Of a stretch of 64,000 nucleotides of DNA, positions 18,842 through 29,759 are shown one piece after another (the stretch's first letter is position 1; the number at the start of each line of letters is the position of its first letter). Under the pieces are notes generated by a model. That model had not been told where the DNA came from. It made no database searches and saw nothing but the letters and a program-made list of their open reading frames with translations. A program made the position numbers and the translations under genes. The stretch is from a virus: the IMG/VR virus record IMGVR_UViG_3300048080_000657, one strand, 5' to 3'.

Positions 18842-19360
18842 ATGAGCAGGATGCTGGTCGTGATGGTGGCAGGGTTGTTCATGTTTCAGGGCTGTTCCAC
18901 AGTCCGAGACATCCCCGACGAGGACCTCGCCCGTGGGATCAGGACGGCGGCGCGGGGCGCAGCGCAATATGGCCTCGGATACGTGCTCAACAAGGAGCCG
19001 GCCAAGGCTGCGGCGGTAGCAGACGGCGCCCGCCTGGCGGTGAAGGCCCTGCGGGAGAACGTGATTCCTGCCCTCTCGGGATCATCGACGCAGGAGGTTC
19101 TCCGCTCGGCCGTGGAGACGGCACTGGATGAGCTGAGCAAGAAACTGACCCCGTCCGTGGTCCTGGCCGTCCAGCTCGCGCTGGATGTCGTTGCAGCCAA
19201 CGTGACGCTGCCCGTCAACCCGGCCGACCGCCTGAGCGACCGAACGAAGGGAGCACTCTTGGCACTCTTCCAGGGACTGGCCGACGGGCTCGAGGCGGGG
19301 GCATCGCTCGCCCCCGTGCGAGACACGCCGCCGGCGAAGCTGTTCTGGCCGAAGAACTGA
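18842..19360 (+). CDS. predicted lipoprotein
   Basis: Signal peptide with lipobox FQG|C. Confidence 0.7.
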   Translation: MSRMLVVMVAGLFMFQGCSTVRDIPDEDLARGIRTAARGAAQYGLGYVLNKEPAKAAAVADGARLAVKALRENVIPALSGSSTQEVLRSAVETALDELSKKLTPSVVLAVQLALDVVAANVTLPVNPADRLSDRTKGALLALFQGLADGLEAGASLAPVRDTPPAKLFWPKN

Positions 19361-19368
19361 AGACAAAG

Positions 19369-19587
19369 GTCATCCGCGGACGGTCGCGTGGATTGAAACT
19401 TCTCTCACGAGGGACAGCATGTGGAGATCCGCTCTGTTGATCCATTACCCAAGTGGGACGTGGATTGAAACGACGACCCTCCGGACTACGACTACTGGTG
19501 CTCCATGATTCAAGCAGGGCGTGGATTGAAACGGAGACCACCTTGGCGTGATCACGGAGCGTATCGCGTCGCTCCCCCTGGAGATCG
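19369..19587 (+). CRISPR. degenerate type I-C-like mini-array (3 repeats plus 1 partial), no cas genes nearby
   Basis: CGTGGATTGAAAC ends at 19399, 19471, 19532; 35 nt later GTCGCTCCCC (typical I-C repeat start) at 19568. Confidence 0.6.
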
Positions 19588-19609
19588 TTCCTGATACAAT
19601 CCAGATTGG

Positions 19610-20029
19610 ATGAAATGCTCAGGTTGTGCGAAGGAAGTGGACCCGAAGACCGAGGGCATCGAGCTCTGGGGGTCCTGGTTCTGCTCGGCTTGCTTCATCG
19701 GCCGCTCCCAGGGACTACATCGCGAGCTCACGCCGGAGGATGTAGAGTTGCTCAAGCTGATAGGGAGGGAACTGGCAGGCCTCCTGCCGGCGGATCTCCT
19801 CGAGATGATCTTGGCCGGCTACTACAAGCGGACGACGGGCCTTTCGACGCCACCGCCCAAGATGGAGACGGAGCGGTGCATTGGAGAGCTCCAGAGGATC
19901 ACGGCGTTCGCTTGCTTCAGGCAGGTTCTGAACCTGCTCAAGACCTGGCAGGACATGTTCTCGGGTTTCGTCCAGGAACAGGAGCAAGAGATCAGAGAGA
20001 AGATCCGGCGCCTAACGGAAGGGGAATAG
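19610..20029 (+). CDS. Zn-finger hypothetical protein
   Basis: CSGC...CSAC; extended -10 TGATACAAT at 19592. Confidence 0.65.
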   Translation: MKCSGCAKEVDPKTEGIELWGSWFCSACFIGRSQGLHRELTPEDVELLKLIGRELAGLLPADLLEMILAGYYKRTTGLSTPPPKMETERCIGELQRITAFACFRQVLNLLKTWQDMFSGFVQEQEQEIREKIRRLTEGE

Positions 20030-20081
20030 AGCTTTCACGACATGTAACATTCGTGCACGGGTGCATATGCTGATCGCAGGG

Positions 20082-20585
20082 ATGACACGGACCGCGGAGC
20101 TCAGCCCCTGCCGGCGCTACCGGTACACTCTGGGCCGACGCTGGGGCGGGAAGCCCGGAGGGGTAGCGTGGATCATGCTCAATCCATCGACGGCTGACGC
20201 GGAGCGCGACGATCCCACGATCAGGAGATGCATGACCTTTACCCAGCGGCTCGGATACGACGCGTTGGTGGTTGTGAACCTCTTTGCCTGGAGAGCCACC
20301 TATCCTCGGGACCTGATCGACGCGGAGGATCCCGTTGGCCCGGAGAACGGCCTGTGGGTCCGGCGTGCCTGCCACCAAGCCGCGCTCGTGGTCGCCGCCT
20401 GGGGCGCCCTCGAGAAGCCACTCCGGGGCGCCGCAGGGGTAATCTCAAGGATCATCCTGGACGACGGCTACAAGCTGAAGTGCCTCGGCACCACCAAGGA
20501 CGGCCAGCCGCGGCATCCGCTCTATATCGCCGCGGACACTCCCCTAGTTGATTGGGAGGCACTGCCCACGACCGATCCCGCTTGA
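20082..20585 (+). CDS. DUF1643 family protein
   Basis: S.CRRYRYTL, IMLNPSTAD...DDPTIRRC, VNLFA.RAT.P, G.PRHPLY. Confidence 0.88.
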   Translation: MTRTAELSPCRRYRYTLGRRWGGKPGGVAWIMLNPSTADAERDDPTIRRCMTFTQRLGYDALVVVNLFAWRATYPRDLIDAEDPVGPENGLWVRRACHQAALVVAAWGALEKPLRGAAGVISRIILDDGYKLKCLGTTKDGQPRHPLYIAADTPLVDWEALPTTDPA

Positions 20586-20610
20586 CACCATACAGTAAAC
20601 CCGGTATACT
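20582..20610 (+). promoter_or_regulatory. sigma70-type promoter with operator-like box
   Basis: TTGACA-17-TATACT; GTAAAC-CCGG-TATAC. Confidence 0.8.
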
Positions 20611-20612
20611 GC

Positions 20613-20933
20613 ATGGAGAATCCAATGGATACCCCAGCTGACCTGATCAGGATGGCCGCGGATGCCGCGTGGAACGACGGCGGCGTCAATACGGATGAGA
20701 AACGTATCTTGAATGAGTTGGCCGACGCTCTTTCGGGCCTGTCTCTCGAGGAGATCCGTCGCCTGGCTGGGAACCAGAAACCCAAGGTGTTTGTCAAGGC
20801 GCTGATCGCACCCGGAAAGCATGTGGCGCAGATCGTCAACGAAAGCCCCGGATCGCTGGAGCTCTGGCTTGAGACTGCCGATGGGATGCGTCACATCCGG
20901 CATCTCGATGCCGGCGCTAGCATCTATCTGTAG
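20613..20933 (+). CDS. hypothetical protein
   Basis: Follows the promoter; precedes the first dense array site. Confidence 0.6.
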   Translation: MENPMDTPADLIRMAADAAWNDGGVNTDEKRILNELADALSGLSLEEIRRLAGNQKPKVFVKALIAPGKHVAQIVNESPGSLELWLETADGMRHIRHLDAGASIYL

Positions 20934-21738
20934 GGAATGCACCTAATGGTCAAAAGGTGAGGAGAATTGATGATCGACTGGAAGCGCATCGAGAAGACAA
21001 CCGTATCGGTCGGCGACCTCATCAGGATCGCCCGCGATCTGTGCGACGGAGACGGGGACAACGTAGAGTACCAGCGGGCATTGGCAGAACTCGTCTGCGA
21101 TGCGGCCGGAATCCCGATGGCGCTGAAGGCCGAGGTGGGCCACCGCATGGGCCTGAAGTGCAGCGTCGAGTAGATCACACTTTTGATCAAAGGTGAGGTA
21201 TGAACTGTGCTCGGTGCGAAACATTAGAAGGCCAGTTGAACGAAGCCAAGAGACTCCTTTCCGAAGCCCAGCATTGGATTGGTGTTGATCCCACTTACGA
21301 GGAGTCGGTAGCTATGGATGCGCTGGGTAAGAAAATAGCAGGGTTCCTGGGGAAAAGTGAAGAGCACCACGATCACCAAAGTGATCAAAGGTGAGGTCCG
21401 GATCATGATAAAAGCAAAACACAGGCATCGGTGGACTCCCGCTCACTTCATGAGCACCGTGGGATGGGTCAAGGCTTGCCGCGCCAGGGAGTGCCCCACC
21501 CCAATGAAGGCCGTTCAACCGAATCAGGTACGCCTTTCCAACGCAGCACGCACGCAATAGACCATTGGTGAGACGATGAAGAAAAAGGTCCTAGACCGCT
21601 GGGTGACGAGGTTTCTGAAACGGCTGGCCAAAGAAGAGGCCAAGATGTGGAAAGGCTGGCTTCAGAGATGGACGTCGACTGTTCAGGAAGATCTGATGGG
21701 CTATCGACGGGATCTAGGCCGCACGAAATGAATTATTG

Positions 21739-22041
21739 ATGAGGCAGAACCAGGTGGATGCTCAAATGAACAACGCCAAGGTGCGAGTCCCTCAGGGTCC
21801 GAAGGGCCCAAAGGCGATGCTGGCCCTCGTCGAGAAGTGGAAGGACATTCCCGAAGGAACCCCCGTCATCGTCACGAAGGACTTCGGCGAGCAGTTCCAT
21901 ACCAAGACCCGCTCGGCGCCCTGGCTGCTGGGAAGCAGCTCCCGCGACCCTGGGCACACCGCGGTCATCATGGTCGAAGGCATCAGCGGCGGCTACGGCC
22001 TGTGGCGGGTCCGCCTGGATTCTGTGGAACGCACCAAATAA
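21739..22041 (+). CDS. cassette hypothetical protein
   Basis: ATG supplied by the upstream site; TAA lies in the core of the next site. Confidence 0.65.
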   Translation: MRQNQVDAQMNNAKVRVPQGPKGPKAMLALVEKWKDIPEGTPVIVTKDFGEQFHTKTRSAPWLLGSSSRDPGHTAVIMVEGISGGYGLWRVRLDSVERTK

Positions 22042-22280
22042 ACAAAAGGTGAGCGATGACCCAAGAGACGGTAGGCCCCGGGCCGGCCTTCAATGATGAG
22101 CTTAGCCGACTCGCGAAGACATGGGCGCCGCCTGGCAGGGCGAGCGATTTCTTGATGGACGTCACCAAGGTGGTGATATCTGCCATCCAGGCCGGACGGG
22201 CGGCCGCTCAGGGGGCCCAAGGAATCGTGGTCTGCGGGAAGTGCGGCAAGGTCGTTCACCAATGCGAACATTGGTGAGGC

Positions 22281-22559
22281 ATGAAGACCATCGGATACCG
22301 GCTGCAGGAGGATTTGTACCACAAAGGATGGGAAGCGCGGCAGACCATCGAGATGCCGTCCGGGGCGAAGATCCTGTCCGTCACCGTGCAGGCCGGGGTT
22401 CCGACGGTTTGGGCGCTGGTCAATCCAGAGGCTCCGACGGAAGCACGATACCTCTATATCACCGAAGGCGGGGCCGAACTGGGCGACGAGTTCGTCGGAC
22501 GGCGTTTCATCGGAACCCTTCCGGCCTTCAGGGACTCCGCGATGCACATATGGGAATAG
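22281..22559 (+). CDS. conserved phage hypothetical protein
   Basis: MKTI..Y.L...MP.GAKILSV.VQ.G.P.VWALV pattern common in phage small proteins. Confidence 0.65.
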   Translation: MKTIGYRLQEDLYHKGWEARQTIEMPSGAKILSVTVQAGVPTVWALVNPEAPTEARYLYITEGGAELGDEFVGRRFIGTLPAFRDSAMHIWE

Positions 22560-22610
22560 GTGATGTGAGGGTCTCGTGCGACCCGCACAGAATTATAGAA
22601 AGGTGAGGAG

Positions 22611-23315
22611 ATGAACGACATCGTCAAGCCGATGACCCGCGACGGCTTGGTCGGCTGGGATGCCTACGGGCAGCTCTGGCTCTGGCGCGTGCAGGGCGAA
22701 AGACGGGAAGGGACCATCATCGCCGACGTTCGGGATAAGGTATGCTGCGTCTGCCGACGCGGCTGGGAGCTCAGCGCGGCGAGCATGGGCGACCAGTATT
22801 TCTGGTCGAATCGGGCCGAATGGGCGCATGAGACCTGCTACATCCGGCACTTGGCGCTCGACGAATTCGATTTCTGGTGTTCGGCCTTGGTCGGGGCCGG
22901 GTTCATCTTCGGACCGATGGACAATCCGAGGATGATCGCAGAGGGAGGCCCCGCCCTCGAGGCCCTTCCGAACGGATACTGGGGCCAGAAGGATCTCTGG
23001 GGTACCGGGATTCCCTGGTACCGGGCGCGGCTCCTCAAGAAGCTTGAGAACCGAGACAACGCCGCCCTCGGGCGCACCCTCAAGCTCGGTATGCGCAAGA
23101 GGGTCCACCATCTCGAGATCGAGGTCGGTTTCGGGCCCTACGATAGGACCCTCGCGGCCGAGCTTTTCAAGTCCGAGGATGTCACCAAGGAGATCGGCGA
23201 AGACCGCATGATGGTCCATGCTTGGGGACGGGACAAGGCCCGGGAGTACCTCAAGCACTTCGCGGAGATTCTCGGCGTGAAGAGCAGGGCCGCCGAGGCG
23301 GCGCTCACGAAATAG
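22611..23315 (+). CDS. cassette hypothetical protein (paralog of 36193..36858)
   Basis: MNDI..P.T.DGLVGWD...Q.WLW shared with the second copy. Confidence 0.8.
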   Translation: MNDIVKPMTRDGLVGWDAYGQLWLWRVQGERREGTIIADVRDKVCCVCRRGWELSAASMGDQYFWSNRAEWAHETCYIRHLALDEFDFWCSALVGAGFIFGPMDNPRMIAEGGPALEALPNGYWGQKDLWGTGIPWYRARLLKKLENRDNAALGRTLKLGMRKRVHHLEIEVGFGPYDRTLAAELFKSEDVTKEIGEDRMMVHAWGRDKAREYLKHFAEILGVKSRAAEAALTK

Positions 23316-23516
23316 GCAAAAGGTGAGGCAATGACACCGAAACAGTGGGCCAAAGAACTAGGTCTGGCACCGACGGCTTGGCAGACCATCGGAAATTACC
23401 AGTACGAGTTCGACGAGAACGGCTACACGGGATGGTACCGCTGCGTGGGCGGGAGGCTCGCGGATGGCCGGTGGCCCCAGTGGCGCATGGAATAGTCAAA
23501 AGGTGAGGAGCGCAAG

Positions 23517-23894
23517 ATGAGCGACTGCGTGTGCTGTTCCCAGGGATGCCCCAAGGACGGGGCGGTCGCCCACAAGGGCGAGCGGTGGTGCCAACAATGC
23601 CAGAAGGACGGATGCACCAAGCCCAGACTGGAAAGCAAGGAGATCAGAAAAATCGTGATCGAGGGGCCGCGAGGACGGGCGCTAGTTACTAGGCTATTCA
23701 AGGCGAAGTTTCGGGTGCTGTCCTTGAGCACGACGGATCCGGCGCGCATATTCGTATACGAGTTTGATGCTGAGGCGCTGAAGGACTACTTGGACGGAAA
23801 CGGAGAGCACGCGGAATATGTTCTGGCGATCGAGCCGCTGGACAAGCGAATGCTCGATCTGGTGGGTCGGCCCAATCCCGAAGGTTCGCATTAA
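23517..23894 (+). CDS. cassette hypothetical protein, Cys-rich N-terminus
   Basis: Bounded by sites 23485 and 23888. Confidence 0.65.
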   Translation: MSDCVCCSQGCPKDGAVAHKGERWCQQCQKDGCTKPRLESKEIRKIVIEGPRGRALVTRLFKAKFRVLSLSTTDPARIFVYEFDAEALKDYLDGNGEHAEYVLAIEPLDKRMLDLVGRPNPEGSH

Positions 23895-23919
23895 ATAGCC
23901 AAAAGGTGAGGAGGAAGAC

Positions 23920-24246
23920 ATGGGAATCCCAATCTCCGGCAGCAGCAATGTGCTCGCGCGGGCCCTCTCGGCGAGGAGGCATAGCCAGGGGAATCCGGAC
24001 CACGAAATCGTGGGATCCGGGGATCTCCAGCAACTTGGAGCCCAAGAAGAGGCGCTCCAGGCTGGCGGATTTGAAGTGGGCCGGCGGGACGTGTATCCCA
24101 CGGTGCCGAAAGGTGATGTCCTCCGCGCGCTCACCTTCCTCTACAAGAGACGCGTGAAGGGCTGGTGGAACATGGAGCACAGCTTGGTTCCGGTCGTCTG
24201 TAGTCAGGCCGTATTCGACAAGGCGCTCGGTAGGATCACCAAATAA
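23920..24246 (+). CDS. cassette hypothetical protein
   Basis: Bounded by sites 23888 and 24236. Confidence 0.65.
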   Translation: MGIPISGSSNVLARALSARRHSQGNPDHEIVGSGDLQQLGAQEEALQAGGFEVGRRDVYPTVPKGDVLRALTFLYKRRVKGWWNMEHSLVPVVCSQAVFDKALGRITK

Positions 24247-24265
24247 CCAAAAGGTGAGGTGAGCG

Positions 24266-24586
24266 ATGAAGACGGCCCAAGACCTCAAGGAACAAGGCGG
24301 TGGTCCTTGGTTGGGTATTGCACGGAGTTGGCTCCAGTCCCACAAGCGCAACGGCGATCGTGTCACCTGGGGCAGCTTAGAGGAGCTCCAACCTCCGATG
24401 ACGGTCCGGGACGTGGAGGATCTGGCGGCGCATGTCGCCGCAGCCGCACAGAATGAAGAGGCGAAGAAGTACGAGGGTCTTCTGCTGGCGGCGAAACTGG
24501 CGGTCGAGGGGCTCGAGAAGTTCTCAATGAATGAGGCTTGGCATCTTCGCACGGCGATCGAGAAAGTCGAAGGTCGCGCGAAATAA
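24266..24586 (+). CDS. cassette hypothetical protein
   Basis: Bounded by sites 24236 and 24576. Confidence 0.65.
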   Translation: MKTAQDLKEQGGGPWLGIARSWLQSHKRNGDRVTWGSLEELQPPMTVRDVEDLAAHVAAAAQNEEAKKYEGLLLAAKLAVEGLEKFSMNEAWHLRTAIEKVEGRAK

Positions 24587-25083
24587 CCCAAAGGTGAGGA
24601 ACCAGATGCCCAGCGAAATACAGTTCGAGCGGTGGGGAGAGGACCAGATCCGGGCGGGCCGCTTCGTCGGCAAGACGGTGAAGGAATTCTCGTTCGGCGA
24701 AGCCAATGACGGTCGCGACGAGCGCCTAACCATCCTGTTCACCGACAACACGGCGTTGGTGATCGAGAGCCGCGTCACGCAGAAGGAGAGCTGGCTGATC
24801 CTGGGGGCCCGCGGGGAGGATGGGGCCCCAATCCGGGTTCGAAAGGTGATCATCGAATAGCCCAAAGGTGAGGAAGCCATGAAGGTGGGCGAATGCGTTG
24901 CGTGGGGGCTCTTCAACTGTGAGACCCGCAAACTAGTGGGAGGGAGAGGTACGCCCTATATCTCCGGTACCAAGTTGGGCGTGGAGAACATGGCAGTCGG
25001 CCGAAATGAAGTTCCAGTGCGAGTGAGGATAGTTCCGATCCTAGATCGCAAAAGAGCCAGAAGGTGAGGCGCGTCGAGGACCC

Positions 25084-26121
25084 ATGAAAGTCGAGCTTGA
25101 CCAGCGGGTGAAGGACGGGTGGATCAATGCCACCAAGAGCGGGAATCTGACGCTATATAATTACTCGAACCGCTGCGTTTTCGAGAAGTGGTGGGACCCG
25201 TACACGATGGCCGCGCGCGGCTTGGTGCTGGACGAGATCGGGTGCATCCTCGCCCGCCCCTGGCCGAAGTTCTTCAACCTTGGGGAACGTCCAGACGACA
25301 AGCTCCCCGCCGAGACCCCGGAGCTATCCAAGAAGTACGACGGCTCCCTGCTGATCGTCTTCTTTGATCGCGTCAGGTGGCGGGCCGTGACCCGTGGCTG
25401 CTGGGAGAACGTCCAGACTCAATACGCGACGAAATGGCTGGAGCAGTACGGGGAAAGGCTCCAGCCCCAGTACACCTACCTTTTCGAGCTTGTAGCGCCC
25501 TGGAATCGAATCGTGGTGCATTACCCGAAGGACGACATGATCCTGCTCGGGATCGTCGCCACGGACACGGGCGAGGACTGGAGCTACGCGGAGACCAGGC
25601 AGGAGGCCCTCCGAATGGGCCTGACTCCAGTGGAGTTCGAAACCCGCCCAATCGACTCTCTGAATCTTGAGGATCCTGCCATCAAGAATGAGGAGGGATT
25701 CGTTGCGCGATTCAGCAACGGCTTCCGGGTCAAGCTGAAGTACCGCCAGTATCTCTACCTGCACAAGATTGTTACGGGCCTGTCGGTCAAGGGGATTTGG
25801 GAGATTCTCGCCAGCGGGAACCAGCCCGACTTCTCGAACGTGCCGGATGAGTTCATGGGCTGGTACACGAAGCAGCGGGAGAAGATCCAAGGCGCCTTCG
25901 ACCAGCTCAAGGCTCAGGCCATTGCCATATTCCAGGCCATCGGCAAGAAGGAAACGCGCAAGGACTACGCCCTCGAGTACACGAAACACGGCGAGGTCGC
26001 CGGGGCCCTGTTCCGGCTGCTCGACGGGAAAGATGTGGCCGACGTGCTCTGGAAGCGGTGCCGTCCGGAGATTCACGAGGTTTTCAAGGTGGACGAATCA
26101 AGTGAAGGACGCAAGCCATGA
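25084..26121 (+). CDS. T4 Rnl1-like RNA ligase
   Basis: ARGLV, ARPWPKFFN, motif I KKYDGS, EEGFV, KLKY. Confidence 0.88.
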   Translation: MKVELDQRVKDGWINATKSGNLTLYNYSNRCVFEKWWDPYTMAARGLVLDEIGCILARPWPKFFNLGERPDDKLPAETPELSKKYDGSLLIVFFDRVRWRAVTRGCWENVQTQYATKWLEQYGERLQPQYTYLFELVAPWNRIVVHYPKDDMILLGIVATDTGEDWSYAETRQEALRMGLTPVEFETRPIDSLNLEDPAIKNEEGFVARFSNGFRVKLKYRQYLYLHKIVTGLSVKGIWEILASGNQPDFSNVPDEFMGWYTKQREKIQGAFDQLKAQAIAIFQAIGKKETRKDYALEYTKHGEVAGALFRLLDGKDVADVLWKRCRPEIHEVFKVDESSEGRKP

Positions 26122-26846
26122 CCGACGTAACGCGTTTCCTCGATGCTCTCGAGGCGAAGGAGACTCCTGAGGTGTTCCAGCGGCTCTGCGCCATAGCGAA
26201 GGCTGGTGAGATGAAGTGGGGCATTACTCCTGGCGACTGGGGCGCGCCTGACCTATCGGGAGGCTGATTTGCCTTTTGCCTCGCGCGGGCGCGAGGACAG
26301 ACACCTAGGCTGATATCTCATGGAAACGGTGACGTCACTTATAGCGAGGGCAATTGCGGTACGGTCGCTGTGGAGGCCTCTATAATTCTTCGGGAAGTTT
26401 TCTATGACAGGGACTACACCGAGTGGTCCTTCTCAAACCGCGTCGAGATCGTCGCGGAATTGGCGGGAAGGGTACGCGAATCAGCGGATTCGAGCAAGAG
26501 GGCCAAGTGATCAAGGATGGCATGATCAGAGTCGGAAACGGCCCCGCGTCTTGGGGTTTCACGCGACAGAAGTTCACTGGTGATTCGTACCTCTGGAAAA
26601 CCGGAGATCGAATCATGGTCAGTTTCATCGTCGCCAAGGAGCAGGGAAAGGGGAACTTCTCCGCCTTGGTGAAGGCCATCGAAGCCGATGGCTTCAAGGT
26701 AGCGGTTCCGACGCCGCTTGGAAAGATGCCTTCGATCCTTCAGCGATGGGGATTCCGGCCGCACTACGAAGTAGAGCCGGATCTAGGCGAGACGGTTGAA
26801 GTTTGGTGTCGATAGACGACTGGCTAGAAACAGGAAAGGAGAAGCA

Positions 26847-27155
26847 ATGAACAAGTACAAGCCGTTTCCCGAGGACTCAACGATTGGCGACCTCTACCAT
26901 CCAGCTATGAAGCTGGAGGCTGTAGAGGAGGCGAAGGACTACTTCGAGCGCCTGGTCGAGTACGGCATGGCGCACGGCCAGAGCCGAGAGGAGGCCGAGA
27001 AGAACTTGGGCTACTTCTCCGGGTACTACGATGCGACGACGGCGCAGAGAGTTTTCAAGCTGTTCGAGTGCGCTCATCCGTTTTTCGGAACGACGCGGCA
27101 CGGTGCTGCCGAGGAACTTGAGGCTGGCAAGAGGATGGCGAAGTCTCGTAAGTAG
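26847..27155 (+). CDS. hypothetical protein
   Basis: SD AAAGGAG. Confidence 0.6.
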   Translation: MNKYKPFPEDSTIGDLYHPAMKLEAVEEAKDYFERLVEYGMAHGQSREEAEKNLGYFSGYYDATTAQRVFKLFECAHPFFGTTRHGAAEELEAGKRMAKSRK

Positions 27156-27161
27156 GGAATC

Positions 27162-27431
27162 ATGATGAAGAGGGGCCGAGGCAGTTCGCTGACACGGGCC
27201 TTTGATTTGATTATCGCACTACGTCGGCACCGTTACGGAATGGACATCAAGGAGATTCAGACCCATTTGGGCACGTGTCTACGCCAAACGTGGCGTTATC
27301 TCAGGATGCTGGAGCGCGCAGGGGTAAAGCTTGAATGGAAGAAGGAGCCGCTCTCCTATCCGGGGGTGTGGCATCGGCTTATCCGGCTCGTGAACGTGTG
27401 CGGGTACAAGCTGACCGAGTCGCCTAAGTGA
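27162..27431 (+). CDS. winged-HTH DNA-binding protein
   Basis: LTRAFDLIIAL....MDIKEI...LG...RQTWRYLRMLE. Confidence 0.65.
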   Translation: MMKRGRGSSLTRAFDLIIALRRHRYGMDIKEIQTHLGTCLRQTWRYLRMLERAGVKLEWKKEPLSYPGVWHRLIRLVNVCGYKLTESPK

Positions 27432-28728
27432 GGATTGACGTAATGAACGATCCAGAAGGCGGCTTCGCTTGTCCGTTGTGCGGCCTCGCGCACCCGCATA
27501 GGCACGGTGCCTCTAATGGGAAGCAGATTCGTCAACTCCACAAGGCCGCCGAGGTGACAAAGGAGCGCGGCTCGTGGAAAAGTGCATATCCATTGATTGT
27601 GGTCAACTGTCCAGAATGCGGTGGATGCTCGGCCTTCCATCGGTGCAATATCCGCGAGGACACTGACGGCTTCGCGGAGAACCAGAGGACTGGCAATAGA
27701 GTCATGAGATGCCCGCATTGCCGGAAGTTCATGGTTCTTCATCTGGTCGGCTGGAACCCAAAGGCCGGGATGGGTGTCGCGTAACTGACGAAACGTGAAT
27801 GGAGGGGATATGAGCGATCATAGCCATTGCTTCTGCCAGGCTATCACTGACGAGTACGACAAGTGTTGCTACTGCGGGGAGCCAAAGAAACGAGACAGGA
27901 AGCGATGCACGTCCCATTGCATGTGCCAGCGGTCTGAAAAGGATGGTCTAGCCTGGATCACTTGCTGTAAGTGTGGCGACTCAACCCGCCTCTTTACCGG
28001 GCCTGCGTAATCACGCTATAGCTCTGACGCATATGAGCAAAGACGAACCGATTAGCGAGGAGTATTTCGAGTATCGGCTCAACCACACGATGAAGGTTGG
28101 CGAATGGAGTGGGTTGAATGAAGCCGCCGGTCTCCTCATGAAGAAAGCCCTTGAGGCGTTTGAGCAGGGAGACAGGGAGGCACATCGGTACCGCAAACTC
28201 TCAAAGGAACTCAAGACGCTGGCAACCACGCGGCATCCTGGGCCGCCCAAATAGCTCATGCGCGGCTTAATTTTGAACGGTCTTGAGTGGCTCTGGGAAC
28301 TGCGCTCGCTCCCCGAGTGGGAGCGCCGCGGCGGTGTCGGCGAGGCCGCAAGCATGACGCGGTTCTACATCGGAGAGGCGTGGCTGTACTTCAAGGCAGC
28401 GTGGGACGTGTGGACGGAATAACCGGTACGTCTAAGGAGGGTAAGTGAGGATCGAAGTTGAGGCGCACCACATAATTTGCGGTGAGCGCTACAGTACATC
28501 ACGGTGTCCCATCGCCTTGGCCGTGACATCGAGGCTCCCGGCGGGCCGTTACGCCATCGTCGATCAAGAGAGCGTCTATGTGCGAGAGCGTGGCAGGCTT
28601 CCAGAAGAATTCGAGCAGGCGTTCCTGCTTCCAGAAGTGGCGCGAAAATTTGTAAAAAAGTACGACGCACAGGGCCCCGTTTGGCCATTCGCGTTCGAGA
28701 TGGACGACACAGGCGAAAGGAGACAGTC

Positions 28729-28980
28729 ATGAATAAGGCACTATGCTTGGCATTCCTCTGCTGGTTAGGTCTCTGCAGCGTTGGGTGTGACGAGGGAGGT
28801 AAAGGAGACGGGGCGCAGAAGAGCAGGACGACCCTCGGCGTGTTCTCGGGGGTGGACATCAGGACTATCGAGCACGACAAGCATTTGTTCGTAGTGGGGT
28901 ACACCGGGAGTACGGAGGGTGGGCTGTCGATCCTGCATCACCCGGCCTGCCCCTGCGGAACGCTCAAGCCAGAAAAGTGA
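28729..28980 (+). CDS. predicted secreted protein or lipoprotein
   Basis: Hydrophobic N-terminus ending SVG|C. Confidence 0.55.
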   Translation: MNKALCLAFLCWLGLCSVGCDEGGKGDGAQKSRTTLGVFSGVDIRTIEHDKHLFVVGYTGSTEGGLSILHHPACPCGTLKPEK

Positions 28981-29034
28981 GGCGCCTTTGTTGCGAGAGA
29001 CGCATAACTTGAATTCTGAGAAATGAGGTGAAGC

Positions 29035-29460
29035 GTGGGCAGAGAAGTCCGTAGAGTCCCGGCAGACTGGAAGCATCCGAAGAACGACGAGGGCCACTAC
29101 CTCCCCATGCACAAGCACTTCCCGTACAACGAGGAAAAAGTCCAGGAGGGCCTCAAGGACGGGTGGCTCAAAGACGAGCCCCCGAACTACGGTTGCGACG
29201 TCATGCCACAGTGGCCCGCATCCGAACGGACCCACCTCCAGATGTACGAGACCTGCTCCGAAGGGACGCCGATTTCCCCCGTGATGGAGACGCCCAAGAA
29301 GCTGGCGCGATGGCTGGCCGACAACGGCGCGTCAGCCAACGGCTCCTCGACGGCCTCCTACGAGGCATGGCTGGCGACGATCAAGCGAGGGTGGGCTCCC
29401 TCCATGGCTGGAAGGGCTGGCGAGATCACCAGCGGGGTCGAAGGATTGGCGAAGCTGTAG
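29035..29460 (+). CDS. conserved phage hypothetical protein
   Basis: MGREVRRVPADWKHP...QMYETCSEGTPISPV pattern. Confidence 0.65.
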   Translation: MGREVRRVPADWKHPKNDEGHYLPMHKHFPYNEEKVQEGLKDGWLKDEPPNYGCDVMPQWPASERTHLQMYETCSEGTPISPVMETPKKLARWLADNGASANGSSTASYEAWLATIKRGWAPSMAGRAGEITSGVEGLAKL

Positions 29461-29495
29461 TACGACTTGAAAGACGAACTACGGAGGATTAATCA

Positions 29496-29759
29496 ATGTT
29501 CGATGAGTTCAAGGACGAGTTCCTGAAGTTCGAGAGGGTCAAGGACAAGCTCAGCCAGCGCCCCGACCTCCACGCCTTCATCCTGCTGGACAAGCTTCTC
29601 CCTGGTACGGGAGATATGGTGGCGGGGGCGGATCATGACGAGATCTACCTATCGCCCGATCCGGAAGAACTGGCGAAGGTGGCGACGAAGGATCAACTTC
29701 GGGACCTCCACAGGTGCGGGGTCCGCGCGGACGGCAACGGCCTGTGTATGTTCGCGTAA
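29496..29759 (+). CDS. hypothetical protein
   Basis: SD GGAGG; 87 aa. Confidence 0.6.
   Translation: MFDEFKDEFLKFERVKDKLSQRPDLHAFILLDKLLPGTGDMVAGADHDEIYLSPDPEELAKVATKDQLRDLHRCGVRADGNGLCMFA

Larger units (their letters stand above)
20939..25067 (+). repeat. cassette array block 1: 15 copies of the 22-bp junction site
   Basis: Sites start at 20939, 21175, 21373, 21550, 21721, 22031, 22256, 22585, 23305, 23485, 23888, 24236, 24576, 24850, 25046; about one ORF between each pair. Confidence 0.92.

Noticed and set aside
18655-19587. Functional autonomous CRISPR-Cas locus
   Set aside because: No cas genes in the window; the repeats are non-identical and irregularly spaced.
26279-26338. CCTCGCGC/GCGCGAGG hairpin and GTGACGTCAC palindrome
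   Set aside because: No correctly placed U-tract and no second copy seen; cannot assign a function.
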